In this document: in pieces, positions 1 to 14,094 of the stretch
Position numbering within the stretch: position 1 is the stretch's first letter
How the letters are laid out: every line of letters begins with the position of its first letter
Assembly: GCA_024137785.1 (NCBI GenBank)
Contig: JAHRHZ010000065.1
Coordinates: forward strand, 19,765,350 to 19,827,853
Length of the DNA stretch: 62,504 nt
From: Ginglymostoma cirratum
Taxonomy: Eukaryota
Reading direction: 5' to 3'
Translations under genes and position numbers: made by a program
Notes under the pieces: generated by a model
The model's database searches: none
What the model was told of the DNA's origin: nothing
What the model saw: the letters and a program-made list of their open reading frames with translations, nothing else

Positions 1-3000
1 TGTCTCCAGTATTCTATGTAAGTTAATTTCCTTTATCATGCTCTTTGACATTCTGCTATCATGCAACAACTTGAACTTTCATCTTTTTACTTCTGTAGAG
101 TCACAAATACATCCCTCAAGCTGTCAATGATTCTTTCGTACCACTATTTTGGATGCCATCGATCTTTGGGTCTCGTCTACAGTGTGACCACAAGCTCACA
201 TATTTAACAAAGTCTGTACAATTAATGGATAGTTGCTATCTTAATACTGCTGGGGCAAGTGTGACTGTATTGGGAGAATATTCGGAACAACAATATCGTT
301 TGTAGTCTTAACATTCCACTCATGAGGGATAATAACAAATTTCAAAAGTTCTCAGAAGCTGTCAGGCAGTCTTTTCCAGCTGTGGTCTCAGTAGATAGTG
401 TTGATGAACCATGGAAGTGTTGCAGTCAAATCATCTTTTTTATTCATTCATGAAGTATGGGCATTGCTGGCTGGGCCGATTATTTCCTTTCTCTAATTGC
501 TTTTGAAAGTGTGCCTTTTTGAACTGTAGCAGACCAGAATGTACGAAGACCCATTTTGCTGTTGATGAAGGACTTCCAGGATTTTGACCCAACATCATTA
601 CTGGAACAGCAATATATTTCCAAGTCAAGATGGTGCGTTGTTTGGACGGTAACATGCAGGAGGTGGTGCTCCCATGTATTTGTTGCCCTTGTCTATTTAG
701 AAGGTAGTGGTTGGAGGTTTGAAAGTGCTGTGTAAAGTCTTAGTGAATTTCTGTAATGCAGATTGTAGATAGTATACACAGCTGCTACTGAGTGTTGGTG
801 GTGGAGGGACGGAATGTTTGTGGATGTAGTATCAATCAAGCAAGCTGTTTTGTCCTGGATGGTGTCAGGTTTCTTGAGTGTTGTTGGACCTGCACTCATC
901 CACGTATATTTCATCACACTCCTGACTTGTACCTTGTCAATAGTGGGCAGGCTTTCAGGAATCAGGAAGCGAGTTTCTCATGGCAGGACACTTAGGCTCT
1001 GACCTGCTTCACTGGTTACTAGAGAAAATCAGTTGTCGTCCTAAACCCCTGCAAGAAATACATCAGCAGCATACATCCCACACCAAGGCAAGGGACAACT
1101 CATTGCCTTTCCAGAATCGGTTTAGCCAGCCTAAAAGGAAGAGCATTAGACCATCTAACCAAAGATCAGATGTTGCCCTATCATTTTTATAGATGGAAGG
1201 ATGCCAATCAGACTCAACAAGCAACTTGAAACCTGAAAACAAGAGAAACTCATGATCTTGGCATCTCAATATTTGTGCATGCTGATGGCACCTGGCACTA
1301 ATCCTGGCCAAGAATGGAAGTCCAGTGAAATGTTGACGTTTTAATGTGGCAGGCAGATGGTAACAGCCAATAGAAGTATATATCCATTGTTCACTAGGTG
1401 GGAAGGATGCAAAATGTGTTGGGTTGCTTCGTCCAGAGGGATGAAAGTTCTCACCCTCCTTTTGAGTTTCCTAGCCCCACAAATATGGCTGCTGCCATTC
1501 TGTCATTATTTTTAAGACCTGTAAGAAGCAAAGTTATGTTCCACCTTCTGGAATCCAAATTAGCCCTAGAACCCCCAAGACAGTCTCCACTTATTTTGGG
1601 ATATTGACCTGTTGCTGCTGTGGTGTTAGGCTGGAGAGGGGGAAATACACCGACTGCACTTTTCTCAAGTATGAAACAGTCACTTTGCATGCAGCAGAAA
1701 TCTGCATTCATAATATTGGTCAGGGTAACCAAGGCAAGCCCTCCTTTTTATCCTTGTCGTGAAATATTTTATGTCTACCTGAGAGTACAAACAGCTGGGC
1801 TTTGTCTGACCACTTCATCTGTAAGATAGCACTAGTCAATGTAATAAGTCATTAAGAGATGACTGAAGTTAATGAATGTATTAATTGATTAGCGACAACA
1901 TCTGGGGCTAGTTTTTGGAACCACTTTATGACTGAATAATTAAACTCTATTCACAAAAGTTTCTTGGCTTCTGTTTCACTGATTAGCTTGGATCTAAGTT
2001 GACAGTACATTTGATGGTGGAGCACTTACTCAGGACGAGACTGAATGTTAGCCTAGATATTGCGCTTAAGTGTTTGCAGGCTCTCTCTTGGCATCACAGC
2101 ATTCTCAACCCAGGGTTGAGAATGCTATCATCTGAGACATATGGACAGTTGAGCAGGCAAATTCTTTACTAATCCTGATTGATTGCTACAATATTAAACT
2201 GGAAATTTGTAGAACGCAGTCACATAAACTAAGATTTAGGTGAAAAGAGCTTTGCTAAATCTCTGCTTCAGTGTTAGTAACTTGGTAATTTGCAAATATT
2301 TACTATCCTATTACTGTCTGAAGTGCTGATATCATACTTCTACATTACATTATTGACCATTTCACTTATCTGAATTATATTCTCAAATGACATCTGACAT
2401 GTATCTAAATTCATAATTTATGCTTAGAACCAGATTGCCATTCATATAAAATACCATATTGATTTATTAACTGAGAAATCTATGTAATTATTTTATGATT
2501 TTGAATTGTTAATTTAGAAAGATAATGGTGGTTAAGCCTTTTGATCTGTACATAATGTTCGCTCTCTGCACCTTCTATTTACGTATAGGGCTTTCAGACC
2601 CATGTTAAGTGCTGATCTTTCTAGCAGCTGTATTTTCTGTCTAGTGATAAACCTGGATGATAGCCAGCAGATTCCTACAAGATATTGTTTCCTTATATCA
2701 AATTTCAACTAAGTCCCCATTCAGCCCTACCTCATCAGAAGTCCAAATCAATCACCTTGGCCTAACAATTAGTACAACTTTTCATGGTACTTCTGAGAAA
2801 TGTTATTACAAGCCTTCTGCTCAACAAGAAGCTTTAAATTGTAGATCGTTACAGCTTTGTTTCAAGATTGCCTCAAATTATTCCAACTAAACATGAGGTT
2901 AAAATTTCTTGCTGACTGTTCATCCAGCCCTTCTGGTAACTTGTGTAAGATTCTTAATTCAGAAGAAACTCAGAAATACAAGAAACATGCAATTGCGTAG

Positions 3001-3578
3001 AACATGAACCTTGCTGAAAAATGATTCAGGCTGCTGAAGCTTTTTGTCGTGCACTCTTCAGAACAAAGCAAGAATGTCAAATTACAACAATGACAACAAT
3101 TTAAACCAGAGGAGAGAAAGGTGCTAATTTGTCTGGGATACTAACTCTGATTGGTTGAGGCCAGAAGGAACTATAGGCTCTCAAATAAAACAACAAGATC
3201 TGGAGATGCTGGAGATCTGAAACAAAAACAGAGATAGCTTGAGAAACTCAGCACGTCTGGTAGCATCTGTGGAGAGAAAGCAGAGTTAATGCTTCGAGTC
3301 TGTTGATTCTTCATCGTGTATAGTCTCGCAATGTCCCCAGGTACTTAAAAAAGAGTGCAAAACCTGAATATTTTCCTTTTATTTGGAGAGAACGGGTCCC
3401 TGTATCTGTAGAGGAGCGGTGTAGTAATGTTCCAGGATCACCAATCTAGAGGCCAAGGCTACAGCTCAGCACAATAGATGCTGGAGTATGAAATACATTA
3501 ATAAATCTGAAATTAAAAGATCATCTTAGCCACACTGACCATAAGTGTCCAAATATATGAACATTTGAATATACATAC

Positions 3579-3798
3579 TGTCGTGATTGTAATACAGTCA
3601 GCTAGATGGACCTCATAGAATGTGAGTTCCGTGATTGTAGCTGTTAACTTGGTCCAGTCAGGGAGCCCTAGCTGACAGATATAAACAGGAGTGTCAGGGA
3701 TTCTGTTCACCCTGAGGGCTGGCTCTGAGGAAGCTGGTTCAGTGCCAAGTACTATACATGTGTAAATAAAGGATAACAGCCTCTGTGGAGTTATTTAA
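3579..3798 (+). mobile_element. Solo LTR of the same Gypsy family
   Basis: Shares gtgattgtaa, cagggagccc..gctgacagata, ggagtgtcag, ctggctctga and gcctctgtggagttatttaa with the LTRs. Flanked by CATAC / CCTAC (TSD with 1 mismatch). Confidence 0.85.
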
Positions 3799-3829
3799 CC
3801 TACTAACCTACAAATTAGGAACCTAGGTT

Positions 3830-5215
3830 GTCATTTGGGCCTCTTAAACCCTCTTTACCGTTCCATAGGGTCATAGCTGATACGTTTTTGGATTTTCAAA
3901 TTCCACATTCCAATCTACCCCTGATAACCTTTGATTCCCTTGCCTAATAAGAATCTGTCTAACTCAACCTTAAAATATTCAATTAACTCCCTTCTGCAAT
4001 CTTCTGAGGCAGAGTTCAAAAGGAACGCTTAGAGGAAACAACATTCTCCTCACCTCAGTCTTAAGAGGGAAGTCTTTAATGTTAAGTCTTTAAGTGCCCC
4101 TTAGTTCTGGATATACCCAAACAGGAAACATCCTTCCATATCAACCTGTTCAAGAGCTTTTAGGATCTTATAAGCTTTGATCAATCACCCCTCACTCTTT
4201 TAAACTCAATGGAAGCAAGCTCAGGCTTTCTAACCTATGGTCATAACACTCTCACTCAAGATATCTGTCTAATAAACTTCCTCTAAACAACCTCCATTTT
4301 ATTTGCATCTTTCCATAAATAAGAAGGCCAAAACTGCACCTAGTATTTGCAATGTGGTCTCACCAGGCCCTTTATAATTGGAGCATAACACCTTTACTTT
4401 TATGATCAATTCCTCTTGTAAAAGAGGACAACATTCTCTGTGCCTTCTTAATTGTTTGTGACACCTGCATACTAACATTTTGTCCCTCATGCATATATCC
4501 CTTTTAGCCTTTCCTATTCATGTACTTATCCAAATGTCTTTTAAATGTTGCAACGGTACCCACATCCATCAGTTCCTCTAGAAGTTCATTCTATGCACGA
4601 CCACTCTCTGTGTAAAAAAGTTGCCCCTCATGTCCTTTTTAAGGCTTTGTCCTCTCAGTTTAAAAATATGCCCCCTAGTTTTGAACCTCCCCCCACCCTA
4701 GGGAAAAGACCCTTTTCGTTCACATTATCTATGGCCCTCATGATTTTATAGACCTCAGTAAGGTTACCCATCAACCTCTTATGCTCCAGTGAAAAAAGTC
4801 CGAGCCTATCCAGCCTACATTTATAACTGAAACCCTCCAAAAAACAACGCTCCACCATCACCCTCTGTTTCCTTCCATCAAACCAATTTTGTATCCAATT
4901 GGCAAGCTCACCCTGAATCCAATGTGATCTATCTCGACTAATTAGTCCACCATGCCTTGTCAAATGCTTTACTAAAGTCCAAGTAAATATTGTCTACTGT
5001 TCTGCCCTTATCAATCCTTTTGGTTACTTTCTCAAAAAACTCAATCAGGTTTGAGAGATACAATTTCCCATGCATAAAGCCACTCTGACTGTCCCTAATC
5101 AGTCTTGGCCTCTCCAAATGCATGTGAATCCTATCTTTCAAAATCACCTCCAAACACTTACCCACGACCGATGTCAGACTCACAGGTCTATAGATCCCAG
5201 GCTTCTCCTTATTCA
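3830..5215 (-). mobile_element. Nested CR1 LINE fragments
   Basis: Minus-strand ORFs with PGIYRPVSLTSVVGK, YLDFSKAFDK and LGLFSLEHKRLMGNLTEVYKIM. Confidence 0.88.
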
Positions 5216-5220
5216 ACCTT

Positions 5221-5886
5221 TCCAAGGTGGCCTTCAGGATACAAAACGATGCAGAATCCCTGGGCAGAAATTGATTGCCAAGATCCATACCCATGAAGAC
5301 AGCCTCAACCATGATCTTGGATCCATGTTGCGCTACATGTGACCCCACCACACTGTTCTGTATCTGAAAAATCTCCCTGACTGTCCTGTTTTGACACCTT
5401 CACTTTGATAATTTGTTATGATTTCTCTACCTTAATTAGTTTGTACAGTTTGGGATTACTGGTTACTTTGGTTAGACCCTCCGCATGTGACTCTTATACC
5501 TACCATGTTATTCCATCCATTTGGTTTGTTTTCAGCATGGTCTTATTTTTAATTTTTTGTAATTATCTCTCTGCTTCAATTAAATGGACTATAAGTCATC
5601 CCTTCACTTGTTATTCAGCCATCGAAACTATACTCACAGCATCTGACACTTTTGATCACCTGCAAAGACTTATTATTCAGCCTGTCGACACTCCACTCAC
5701 ACCATTTGTATGATATTTTGATCTCTGCCTGTAAATTATGTGCCAGTGTGCCCCTCTTCACTTCACCTGTTGAAGGAGCAGTGCTTCAAAAGCTTGTAAT
5801 TTCAAACAAACCTGTTGGACTATAACCTGGTGCCATGTAACTTCTGGCCTTGTCCTCCCCAGTCCAGCATGGACACCTCCACATCA
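5221..5886 (+). mobile_element. Penelope-like element 3' fragment (family C)
   Basis: GIY-YIG C-terminal-like QGGLQDTKRCRIPGQKLIAKIHTHEDSLNHDLG; ends in the pseudo-LTR shared with 10575-10700, 21185-21368 and 33493-33652; decayed hammerhead at 5764-5798. Confidence 0.7.
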
Positions 5887-5889
5887 ATG

Positions 5890-6080
5890 CTGATCTTCTT
5901 AATGTTGATCTTGTCTAGCACACATCCTGTGTGGTGTAACCTGTATGCCTTACTCTGTCCAAGTTTTTTGTTCACCCTATAATTTGTGTGTCCTCACTTA
6001 CTATGAACCGCCTGTATTGTTCACAAAGAAAGATTTTCACTGTACCTAGGTAGATGTGACAATAAATCAAATCAAATCTT
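5890..6080 (+). mobile_element. Non-LTR 3' tail, Rex1/Babar-like
   Basis: ttttcactgtac..tgtgacaataaatcaaatcaaatc terminal tandem repeat. Confidence 0.45.
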
Positions 6081-6508
6081 AGTGGATTCAACTTACATCT
6101 TGCTCCAAAAATCTTCCATGTTGGACTCCACACACCAACATCTCAAGAACACTCGTGGGTACCAGCCACACACACCCAAGTTCTACAGACATTGTCAACC
6201 AACTTGTGTCAGCCTTGATAAACACACACAGTAGATTTCCAATCCACTTACAGTATGTTTATGAACTTCAATGCTACACCTCACTGCACCAGCAGCTATC
6301 ATTGTTAATGCTGCAGGAAGGATATATTATGTTCAGGGAGACACACTCAACTCATGGACTGCACCATACTGCGTCTCCAGGCTTTACACTTGCTGTCATA
6401 GTACTCACTCACTCTCACCCTGCCTGGATGCTCATAACATCCCTGCCATGCATCGCCTTGTCTTGTGAGATTTGCCTCCTCAGCCAGAGATACCAAGACC
6501 ATATTATT

Positions 6509-6742
6509 CCGAAATAAAAACCAAAGGAACTGCGGATGCTGTTAATCATGAACAAAACAAAGTTGCTGGAAATGCTCAGCAGGTCTGGTAGCATCTGTGG
6601 AGGGAAAAACAGAGTTAACATTTCGGGTCCGGTGACCTTTCCTCAGAACTCAAGGGTCACTGGACCCGAAACGTTAACTCTGTTTCTCCCTTCACAGATG
6701 CTGCCAGACCTGCTGAGCTTTTCCAGCAACTTTGTTTTTGTT
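6509..6742. repeat. Fold-back (inverted) PLE family B insertion
   Basis: Arms of about 95 bp are reverse-complementary; 11-bp TSD accatattatt (6498-6508, 6743-6753). Confidence 0.88.
6612..6651 (-). ncRNA. Minimal hammerhead motif (family B)
   Basis: Reverse complement gagtt-CTGAGGA-a-aggtc accg gaccc-GAAAT-GTT-aactc; 5-bp stem I, mismatch at the base of stem II. Confidence 0.55.
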
Positions 6743-9700
6743 ACCATATTATTACTGTCTTGCCATGTCATTTTGCACAGACACAAAGCTAGGAAGCTTG
6801 TTGTGGTTGTCAGCAGGTCTCATTTATGTCAAGGTCTGATAACCTTTGCTCAAAACATCATGACACATTAAGTCAAAGGCAGCATCCAACTCCAGTCCAG
6901 GTTCTGCTTGAGGCATTCAGAGTCAGGATCACCTGTTTGCAAGGAGTGAAAAGTTGAATGAATGGCAGCAAACTATCCATTTTCTGTCCTATTGTGGTCT
7001 ATTTTGCTCCTGGACTGAGAGAGAGGCAGATATTATCAATAATAAAAGTGAGCGGCACAACTATTACTGGTGGTGCAAGCAGGGACGATTCCTGAGTGAA
7101 CGGGTAGGCCAAGCAGGGGGTGTACAGGATGAGCAGTGTTGCAGATTGGGCTCAGGGTGAGTGGAAGGATTTTGCAGGCATTAGAGAGAGTGATAGCACA
7201 CTAGCCTTGATGGGAGGTGAGTCCATTAGCGGGGACAGAGTAAATGTGTAGGAGCAGAAAGAAGATGCTAGCACTCACTTTGGTAAAGTGGAGAAGGACA
7301 TTAGCATTTTTCCTGCAGGGCTACAACTACTCTAACCTAGGTAGCAACCTGGGACCAGGTTGGCATCATTTGATGTCATGGCCTCCGCTGCTATTCTTGG
7401 TGGAAGAGGAAGTCCCACCTATGTCCACTGATCCAGCTGGAACTCTGGGACCATGCCCACACTGTGTGGCAAAGATTTCCCTGTTCTGCCAATATTGGGT
7501 CAAATGTCAGAAACTGCACAGGGCAGCTGACATTACTTGTCTTGGTCCACAATATATTTTAAACATGGTGTTGGCACAAGGGACTTTTCAACTAATCAGC
7601 ACCCTTTTGTTCTCCAGTAGAAATTGTTGCAAGTGGTTGAAACTTTACATTCTTGTGTTAATCCTGATCAATGCAAGACAAAGAGCTTCAACAACATCTC
7701 TTTTCAGCAAAATCCAATCTTCTCCCAAAGTCATGAAGGACTTCCATTATGAATGGTCAACATAGAAATGATTTTCAGCTTCCTTTTTTCACATGCCCAA
7801 TCTGCACTCTTTCTGAAATATATTGTTCCAAAGTTTGCATGTCCCACTCAAACTTCAGCGAACTCATATTTTGACCACAGAGAGAAAACAAAAGAATCGC
7901 AATGTTTTTTTTCCGAAAGGAGAAATGGTTGAGTGGTAACTTGTATTTCTCAGAACAATTCAGCTTTCTGTGAGGCCCTTACTTCTGTGTGGTCCTGTGT
8001 GTGCCTTCAGACCAGGCTTTGGAAAGTGAAGTGTACATCCTGAAGGGCAGAATAAAGCCAGGGTTGAAAGACTGACAGCGAAAAGAAAAGATCTGAAATT
8101 CTGATCGCTCTAAGGACTGTATCCAGTTTTGCCATTATACCTCTGGGGATTTTATCTCTGTTAACTATGTGGAAAAGCATCACAAACCTTTACTTTAAAA
8201 ATAAATTCGCAATGTCATTATGTGCAATCTGCGCTGAAAATTTACTGATATTTGTAGTATTTCGAACAGGCATTTAAAAAAAAGACAGATTTGGTATTGA
8301 AATACATTTGAATGATTACCACCCTGGAAAGTCTATTTTCTACAATCTGATCGAGTAAAATTGCCTAGGCATGAAGTCTCTATAGAGAAGACGATAATCA
8401 CACCGAGGTAGGAAACTTTTTTTAAAATAATCTACCAGAAGGACAAAACTTGCAATTATATCACCACATTCAGAACCTCATGATGTCCCAATGCACTCTA
8501 CAACCAATTAAATACATTTTTAAAGTGCAGTTACTGTTGTAATAAGCACTGAGGACAATTGCAGAAAATAAGCTTTTTCAAAAAGTGAAGTGATACTGAT
8601 CAGATTAGTTGTTTTTTTTAAGTGATGTTGTTTAAGGGATAGATATTGGTCAGGGTCCCATGGAGAGCTCTGTTCTCCTCTTTGGAACTGTACAATGATA
8701 TCTTCTACCTCAAACCAAGTGGACAGATAGGACCTCAGTCTAACACATGATCTGAAAGAGTTGAATATCTTCTTTTCATAACGTAAAGGAAGCAGCATTG
8801 CATTGATTTGTCAAGATACATTATGTAGTTGTAAAGGCTTCCTTTGATTGTAAGGAAATGTATTAAATGTGTTCTAACAGATTTACAATTTCACTCAAAT
8901 TACCAAACCAAAGTAACCTTCTTACAAAAATTTACAAAGTTGCTACGCACTGCATTTGGAGGAATGCTTGCTAACGTGGTACAATTAATGAAAATTAAAC
9001 TCAAGGAAATGTTTACAAAAAATTGGTATTAGTAACAAGGGAGAAATACATGGAATCTGATAAAGGGGTCCATTTCTGTGAAAACAATGTAACAGCAGAT
9101 ACCTTATCATGAACAATGTGGCAACCTAAAAGTTAGTTTTAAAATCTAATCTCCAGCTCACTGGAGAGAATAATGTGGTTTAAAAACTTCTTCAAATAAA
9201 TTACCTTCATACAGAAGTCACAACTTGCTACAGCTTTTTCTCTGCAATTTGCATGAGCTAACTCAACTAGCCATTGATTTGAGGGTGTGAAAGAATCTTA
9301 CAAGGTGATTTTAGCAACAACTTAAATTTCAGTTTGTGCTATTATACTCACCCAGTGTGGGCACCAATGAAAGTAAAGCAAAACAAACGTTGTCAGTGGG
9401 AATAAAAATCCTTTCCTTCTAGAATTCAGTGTCTGGTTTTTCCTTTCTAGGAGAATGATTCAAAGTCCTTTGACCATGCTGGCACTGATCCTTTGTTCCA
9501 GCCCGTATTGCAGAAAGCTCCTTAATGATTAACTTCTAAATATATTTATCCAGAATTCTCACATGGTAATTATTAAGTTGCTGATTATTGGAAGGCCTTC
9601 TGCTGCTAACACAATTGTGTTTTAAGAACAAACGTCCTCTTCATCCGATACACAATGATTTGTCATTAAAACAATGGGCAGAAAGTTTAACCATAACTCT

Positions 9701-10134
9701 GAGCAGCAAGCCTGAAATTTGGATTGATTGCATTCCAGACTGTAGCAGTTTTAAAACATTCAGAAAATCAAAAGGTGAATGCTGGTTATGAATAATCCGT
9801 TTTCCAATAAGAAGTTTATTTTATTCTGTCACCAAAATCTTAATAGGCCATAGCATTTCACACAAATATTTCAACCCAAAAGTGGGATATTTATGTACAC
9901 TCTCAGCCAACTGATGTCATTCCATCCCATTCCTATTCATCAAGCTGTTTGCATAAATTCTATGAACCATCAGTCCTTGCTGGCTTCAATATATTACTTT
10001 GGTACACTTTATTTCTAACTTATTGAAAATTAGATGGTTTTCAATTGAAAGCCACCTAATTTTTAATGTTCTCCAAGTTAAGGATCATCAAATCCAAAGC
10101 TCATCTATTATGATTTATGAGAACTATCTCATAA

Positions 10135-10411
10135 GGGGCAGCATGGTGGCTTAGTGGTGAGCACTGCTACCTGACAGCCCCAGGGACCTGGCTTCAATTC
10201 CAGCCTTGAGTGACTGTCTGTGCAGAGTCTTCATGTTCTTCCTGTTTCTGCTGGGTGCTCTGGTTTCCTCACACAGTCCAAAGATGTGTTGGTTAGGTGG
10301 ATTGGCCATGCTAAATGCAGGGTGATAGGGTAGAGATGCGGGGTGTTCTTTGCAGGGTCATTGCAGATTCAGTTGGCTGGATGCCCTCTTTCTGCACTGT
10401 AGGAATTCTAT
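10135..10411 (+). mobile_element. tRNA-derived V-SINE (HE1-like)
   Basis: A box (tggcttagtgg), B-box-like ttcaattcc, V-domain ggtgctctggtttcctc..cagtccaaagatgtg, CR1-like tail. Confidence 0.82.
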
Positions 10412-11525
10412 CTCAATCACTTTGTCTTTTGTTATGGTTACCAGCACCCAGTCCACATTCATCAGAAATTTCTCTTTTCATCAATTTTGATGGGGGAAGA
10501 TATGGATGTTTGAAAGAGTGGTGTAATATTGTTAGAAAGTATTAATGAAACTTCTTTGCTGTGTTTAGCATTGCAAAAAATCACATGACAACAGATTATA
10601 GTCCAACAGGTTTATTTGAAAACACAAACTTTCACAGCTCAGCTCCTTCCTCAGGAGTAGTGTGTGAGAGGCGGTATAAGACACAGAATTTATAAGCAGA
10701 AAGCATTACCCTGAGAGATTTCTTGCCTCTTCAACCATGGCTTGATAAACAATTCCTGATAGCCCATCATCAGAATGTCATATCAATGCCAAGATGCGAA
10801 CATCCAAGAAAATGATGGCATGTGTGCAGTTGTCAGCGTTTATGCTGCTCTCTGATTTCCTTAGAAATTTGCACTGCTGCATCAAAAATCTGATGAACAC
10901 TGGGATAAGTTCATGGTCATATTCACGCGGGCAGAAATTGTGAATTTCTCTTATTTATGCTAGTTTTCTTGCCACTTCTAATTATGTCAAAATTGTAACA
11001 CAGAAGAAGGGTCTAGACCCGAAACATCAGCCTTCCTGCTCCTCTGATGCTGCTTGGCCTGCTGTGTTCATCCAGCTCCACACCTTGTTATCCAGGATCT
11101 TGTTTGACTGATTGAGACATAAGTTATTCTCAGTGCATTGAGAATGTTAAAAAGTTATAGCCTCCTCTTTAACTATTGAAATTGCACACATTGATTCATT
11201 TCTGTTTCTCAGCTGCTGAGATCCTAGATTTTGCAAAGCAAAGTTCTGTGATTGTCTAAGAATAATACTTTTAAGATATCATTCTCCCATTGCATTCAGA
11301 AGGGAAAGGGATTACATTGGGTTTTTACAATCCTTTATTCGGCATTATTATTTTCTGGTTGAAAAAGAAGAGGAGTACAAGGTAGAAAAAATGGTACATA
11401 ACCTGCCATGGCTGGAGTCTGCTCCAAATTTTATGATTACTATCTAACTGGGACACAGCTCTGAATGCTGGTAAAGGTAATGGTTTTGGGTAATGCAACC
11501 AGAGCCTAGTTCACGGATATCACAG

Positions 11526-11924
11526 CATCCCAAAACCAGCCCAGCTCATCTCCACCTCCCTAACCTGTTTTCCCTCTCACCTATCCCCTCCTCCCACCTC
11601 AAGCCCCACCCCCATCTCCTATCTACTAACCTCATCCCGCCCCCTTGACCTGTCCGTCCTCCCTGGTCTGACCTATCTCCTCCCTACCCCCCCACCTACA
11701 CTCACCTTTACTGGCTCCATCTCCGCTTCTTCGACTTGTCTGCCTCCTCTCCACGTATCCTCTCCTCTATCCATCTTCTATCCGCCTCCCCCTCTCTCCC
11801 TATTTATTTCAGAACCCTCTTCCCCTCCCCCTTTTCTGACGAAGGGTCTCGGCCCGAAATGTCAAGTTTTCCTGCTCCTATGATGCTGCTTGGCCTGCTG
11901 TGTTCATCCAGCCCCACGCCTTGT
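11526..11924 (+). mobile_element. Penelope-like family A 3' UTR/pseudo-LTR fragment
   Basis: Nearly identical to 16278-16620; flanked by tatcacag (11518-11525, 11925-11932). Confidence 0.85.
11833..11866 (+). ncRNA. Minimal hammerhead motif (family A)
   Basis: ttt-CTGACGA-a-gggt ctcg gccc-GAAAT-GTC-aag. Confidence 0.6.
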
Positions 11925-14094
11925 TATCACAGATAACACAGATGGCTTAGCTGTGCAGAAGGTAGATTCATAAAGTAATTGTAACCAGGAATTCTAGAGT
12001 TAGGGAAACAGACAGCTGTTTCTGCTGCAGTAGATATGACTCCAGTATGGTATCTGCCTCCCTGGTGCCAGGGTCCAGCATGTCATTGAGTGGCTACAGA
12101 GCTTGCTGAAGTGGGAGTGTAAATAGCGAGAGGTTGTGTTTCCTAGAAAGAGGAATGCAATCGTGCAAGCAGAGGTTAGGGAGCTAGGAAATAGATTAAT
12201 AAGCAATACCTAACCATTTGGTGATGGAAAACAACATTCTGTTGTGTGTAAAAGCACTTCCAGATAGCTTGAAAAAGAAGGAGATCAAAGGAATGTTGGA
12301 ATCCCTCTATCACGGTTGTCTGCAACTGCTCAATAAACCAGGTGATCATGATTTCAACAGCAATATTGCCATGGTAACAATTGAAACAATGGTGAATGAA
12401 GGTTGTAATGTTTCTATGTCTTGTATAACTATGGTTTCAAGTGAAAATGCTACAGGTGTTCTCATTTATGTTATGGCAGACTGTGGCGCATGCAACAGCT
12501 GCTATATGACCTCATTACAAACACTGGCATTGAACTTCTACATATTATTCAGATCATCACCACGTATTTCTGCTGAGTGCCTTTCAGTCGTAAAACATTT
12601 CAGGTTTCCAGCCACATGTTCAGTGATACATTGTCATACCTGTAACACCCTTTTCAATATATGAGAATAATGCTCTCCATCAAATATCTGCTCACTTTTC
12701 TTCAGAACCAGTTAACCAGCGTGTTTTTGCTCCTATGATGCTGCTTGACCTGCTGTGTTCATCCAGCCCCATGCTTGTTAACCAGCGTGTGTATTGTTTT
12801 CTTTTTGGAATTTCTTCTTTGAACTTCCAATGGAGGCACTGTAACAAAATTGCATATTATTTTACATTTATATCAGCTAAATGGCCTGTCAATAAATTGT
12901 GAAATATTAAAGGATCATTGCTATCAGTGCATCATAATTGTTTCCTAGCTCTTGTTATTACTGTATCCCTTTACAAACTGCAGTTTAGACACATTTCATG
13001 TTTTAGATCCTTTAGTGGATGCACAATAGCAATCTTCATTGCCTCAAGTGTACCTATGTCCATCACTGATACTCATCATGCTTTGTCCTTTTTCTCTTTT
13101 AAAAATCATTTCTGATTCTCATGTTTTGTTGCTACGGTAATTGAATGAGTAATTAATATGAATAATTGAACCTGATTTACATGTAGAAACAAGAGCATGT
13201 TCAAGAGCCTAATAAGAGTGACAAATTTCTTATGAAAGAAAGAGTAATGGAAACATTCCTGGGACTAAAAGCTGACAAATCTCTTTACTGCCAAAATCCC
13301 AGGCCACCAAAAGAAGGAAATGCAAGCAAAGTGGTTGCAAAGTGATTATGATCTTCCAAAATTACCAAGAGTCAACAATGCTGTGAATGGATTGGAAGGC
13401 AGCGGCTGTGAGATTTTTACTTCACAAGTTGACCTGATACAATTCGGTGATAGGTCTTTATTGACAAATCAACGTAATGTGGTATATTATGGCAGTGGTT
13501 TAGAACTTTGTTTGCTTATTAACTACTCAGTCACTGGATAGAATACTCTGTAATGTCCTATTAGCCCCCTTGTCTTTGAGTAAGCAAATGTTAGCTTCCA
13601 GACAGCAATCATATTAACCTCCATAAACCCAATGATTGAGTCACAGACTTTTGTCTTTTATGTCTCAAAATGACAGTCACCCCCAATCATCTCTATCGTG
13701 ATTAATTTAAACCTTGAAGGGAGGTGGTGGTGGTGAAGTGGTATTACCATGGGACTAATAACTGAGGGGCCCAGACTAATTATCTGTGAACATGGGTTCA
13801 ATTCCCCCTTTAGCAGCTGGTGTTATTTAACTTATGAAGACAATAAATAGGAGAAGCTGTTAATAGATGAAAAATAAACACATAGGTGATGATTGTGTGT
13901 AACAGCATTTCTGGATTATAAAAAAACAGAAAAAGTATACAGGAGCAGATACAGGCTGTGGGGGCCCTCAACCCTGCTCTGTCATCCAATAGGATCTTGG
14001 ATGATGTGTTTGCTTTATAAATTCCATATTCCCAGATACTCCTGATAATCCTTTGATGCAATCATCTCCATTGCGAATAATTTAAATTTAGAGA

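Noticed and set aside
10135-10205. tRNA genes (also 35840-35912, 50192-50262, 26757-26820)
   Set aside because: The A/B boxes continue into SINE bodies and no complete cloverleaf is seen; these are SINE heads.
12218-12664. 148-aa ORF (also 7244-7765 and 55124-55567)
   Set aside because: No recognisable host domain or exon structure; consistent with chance or decayed TE sequence.
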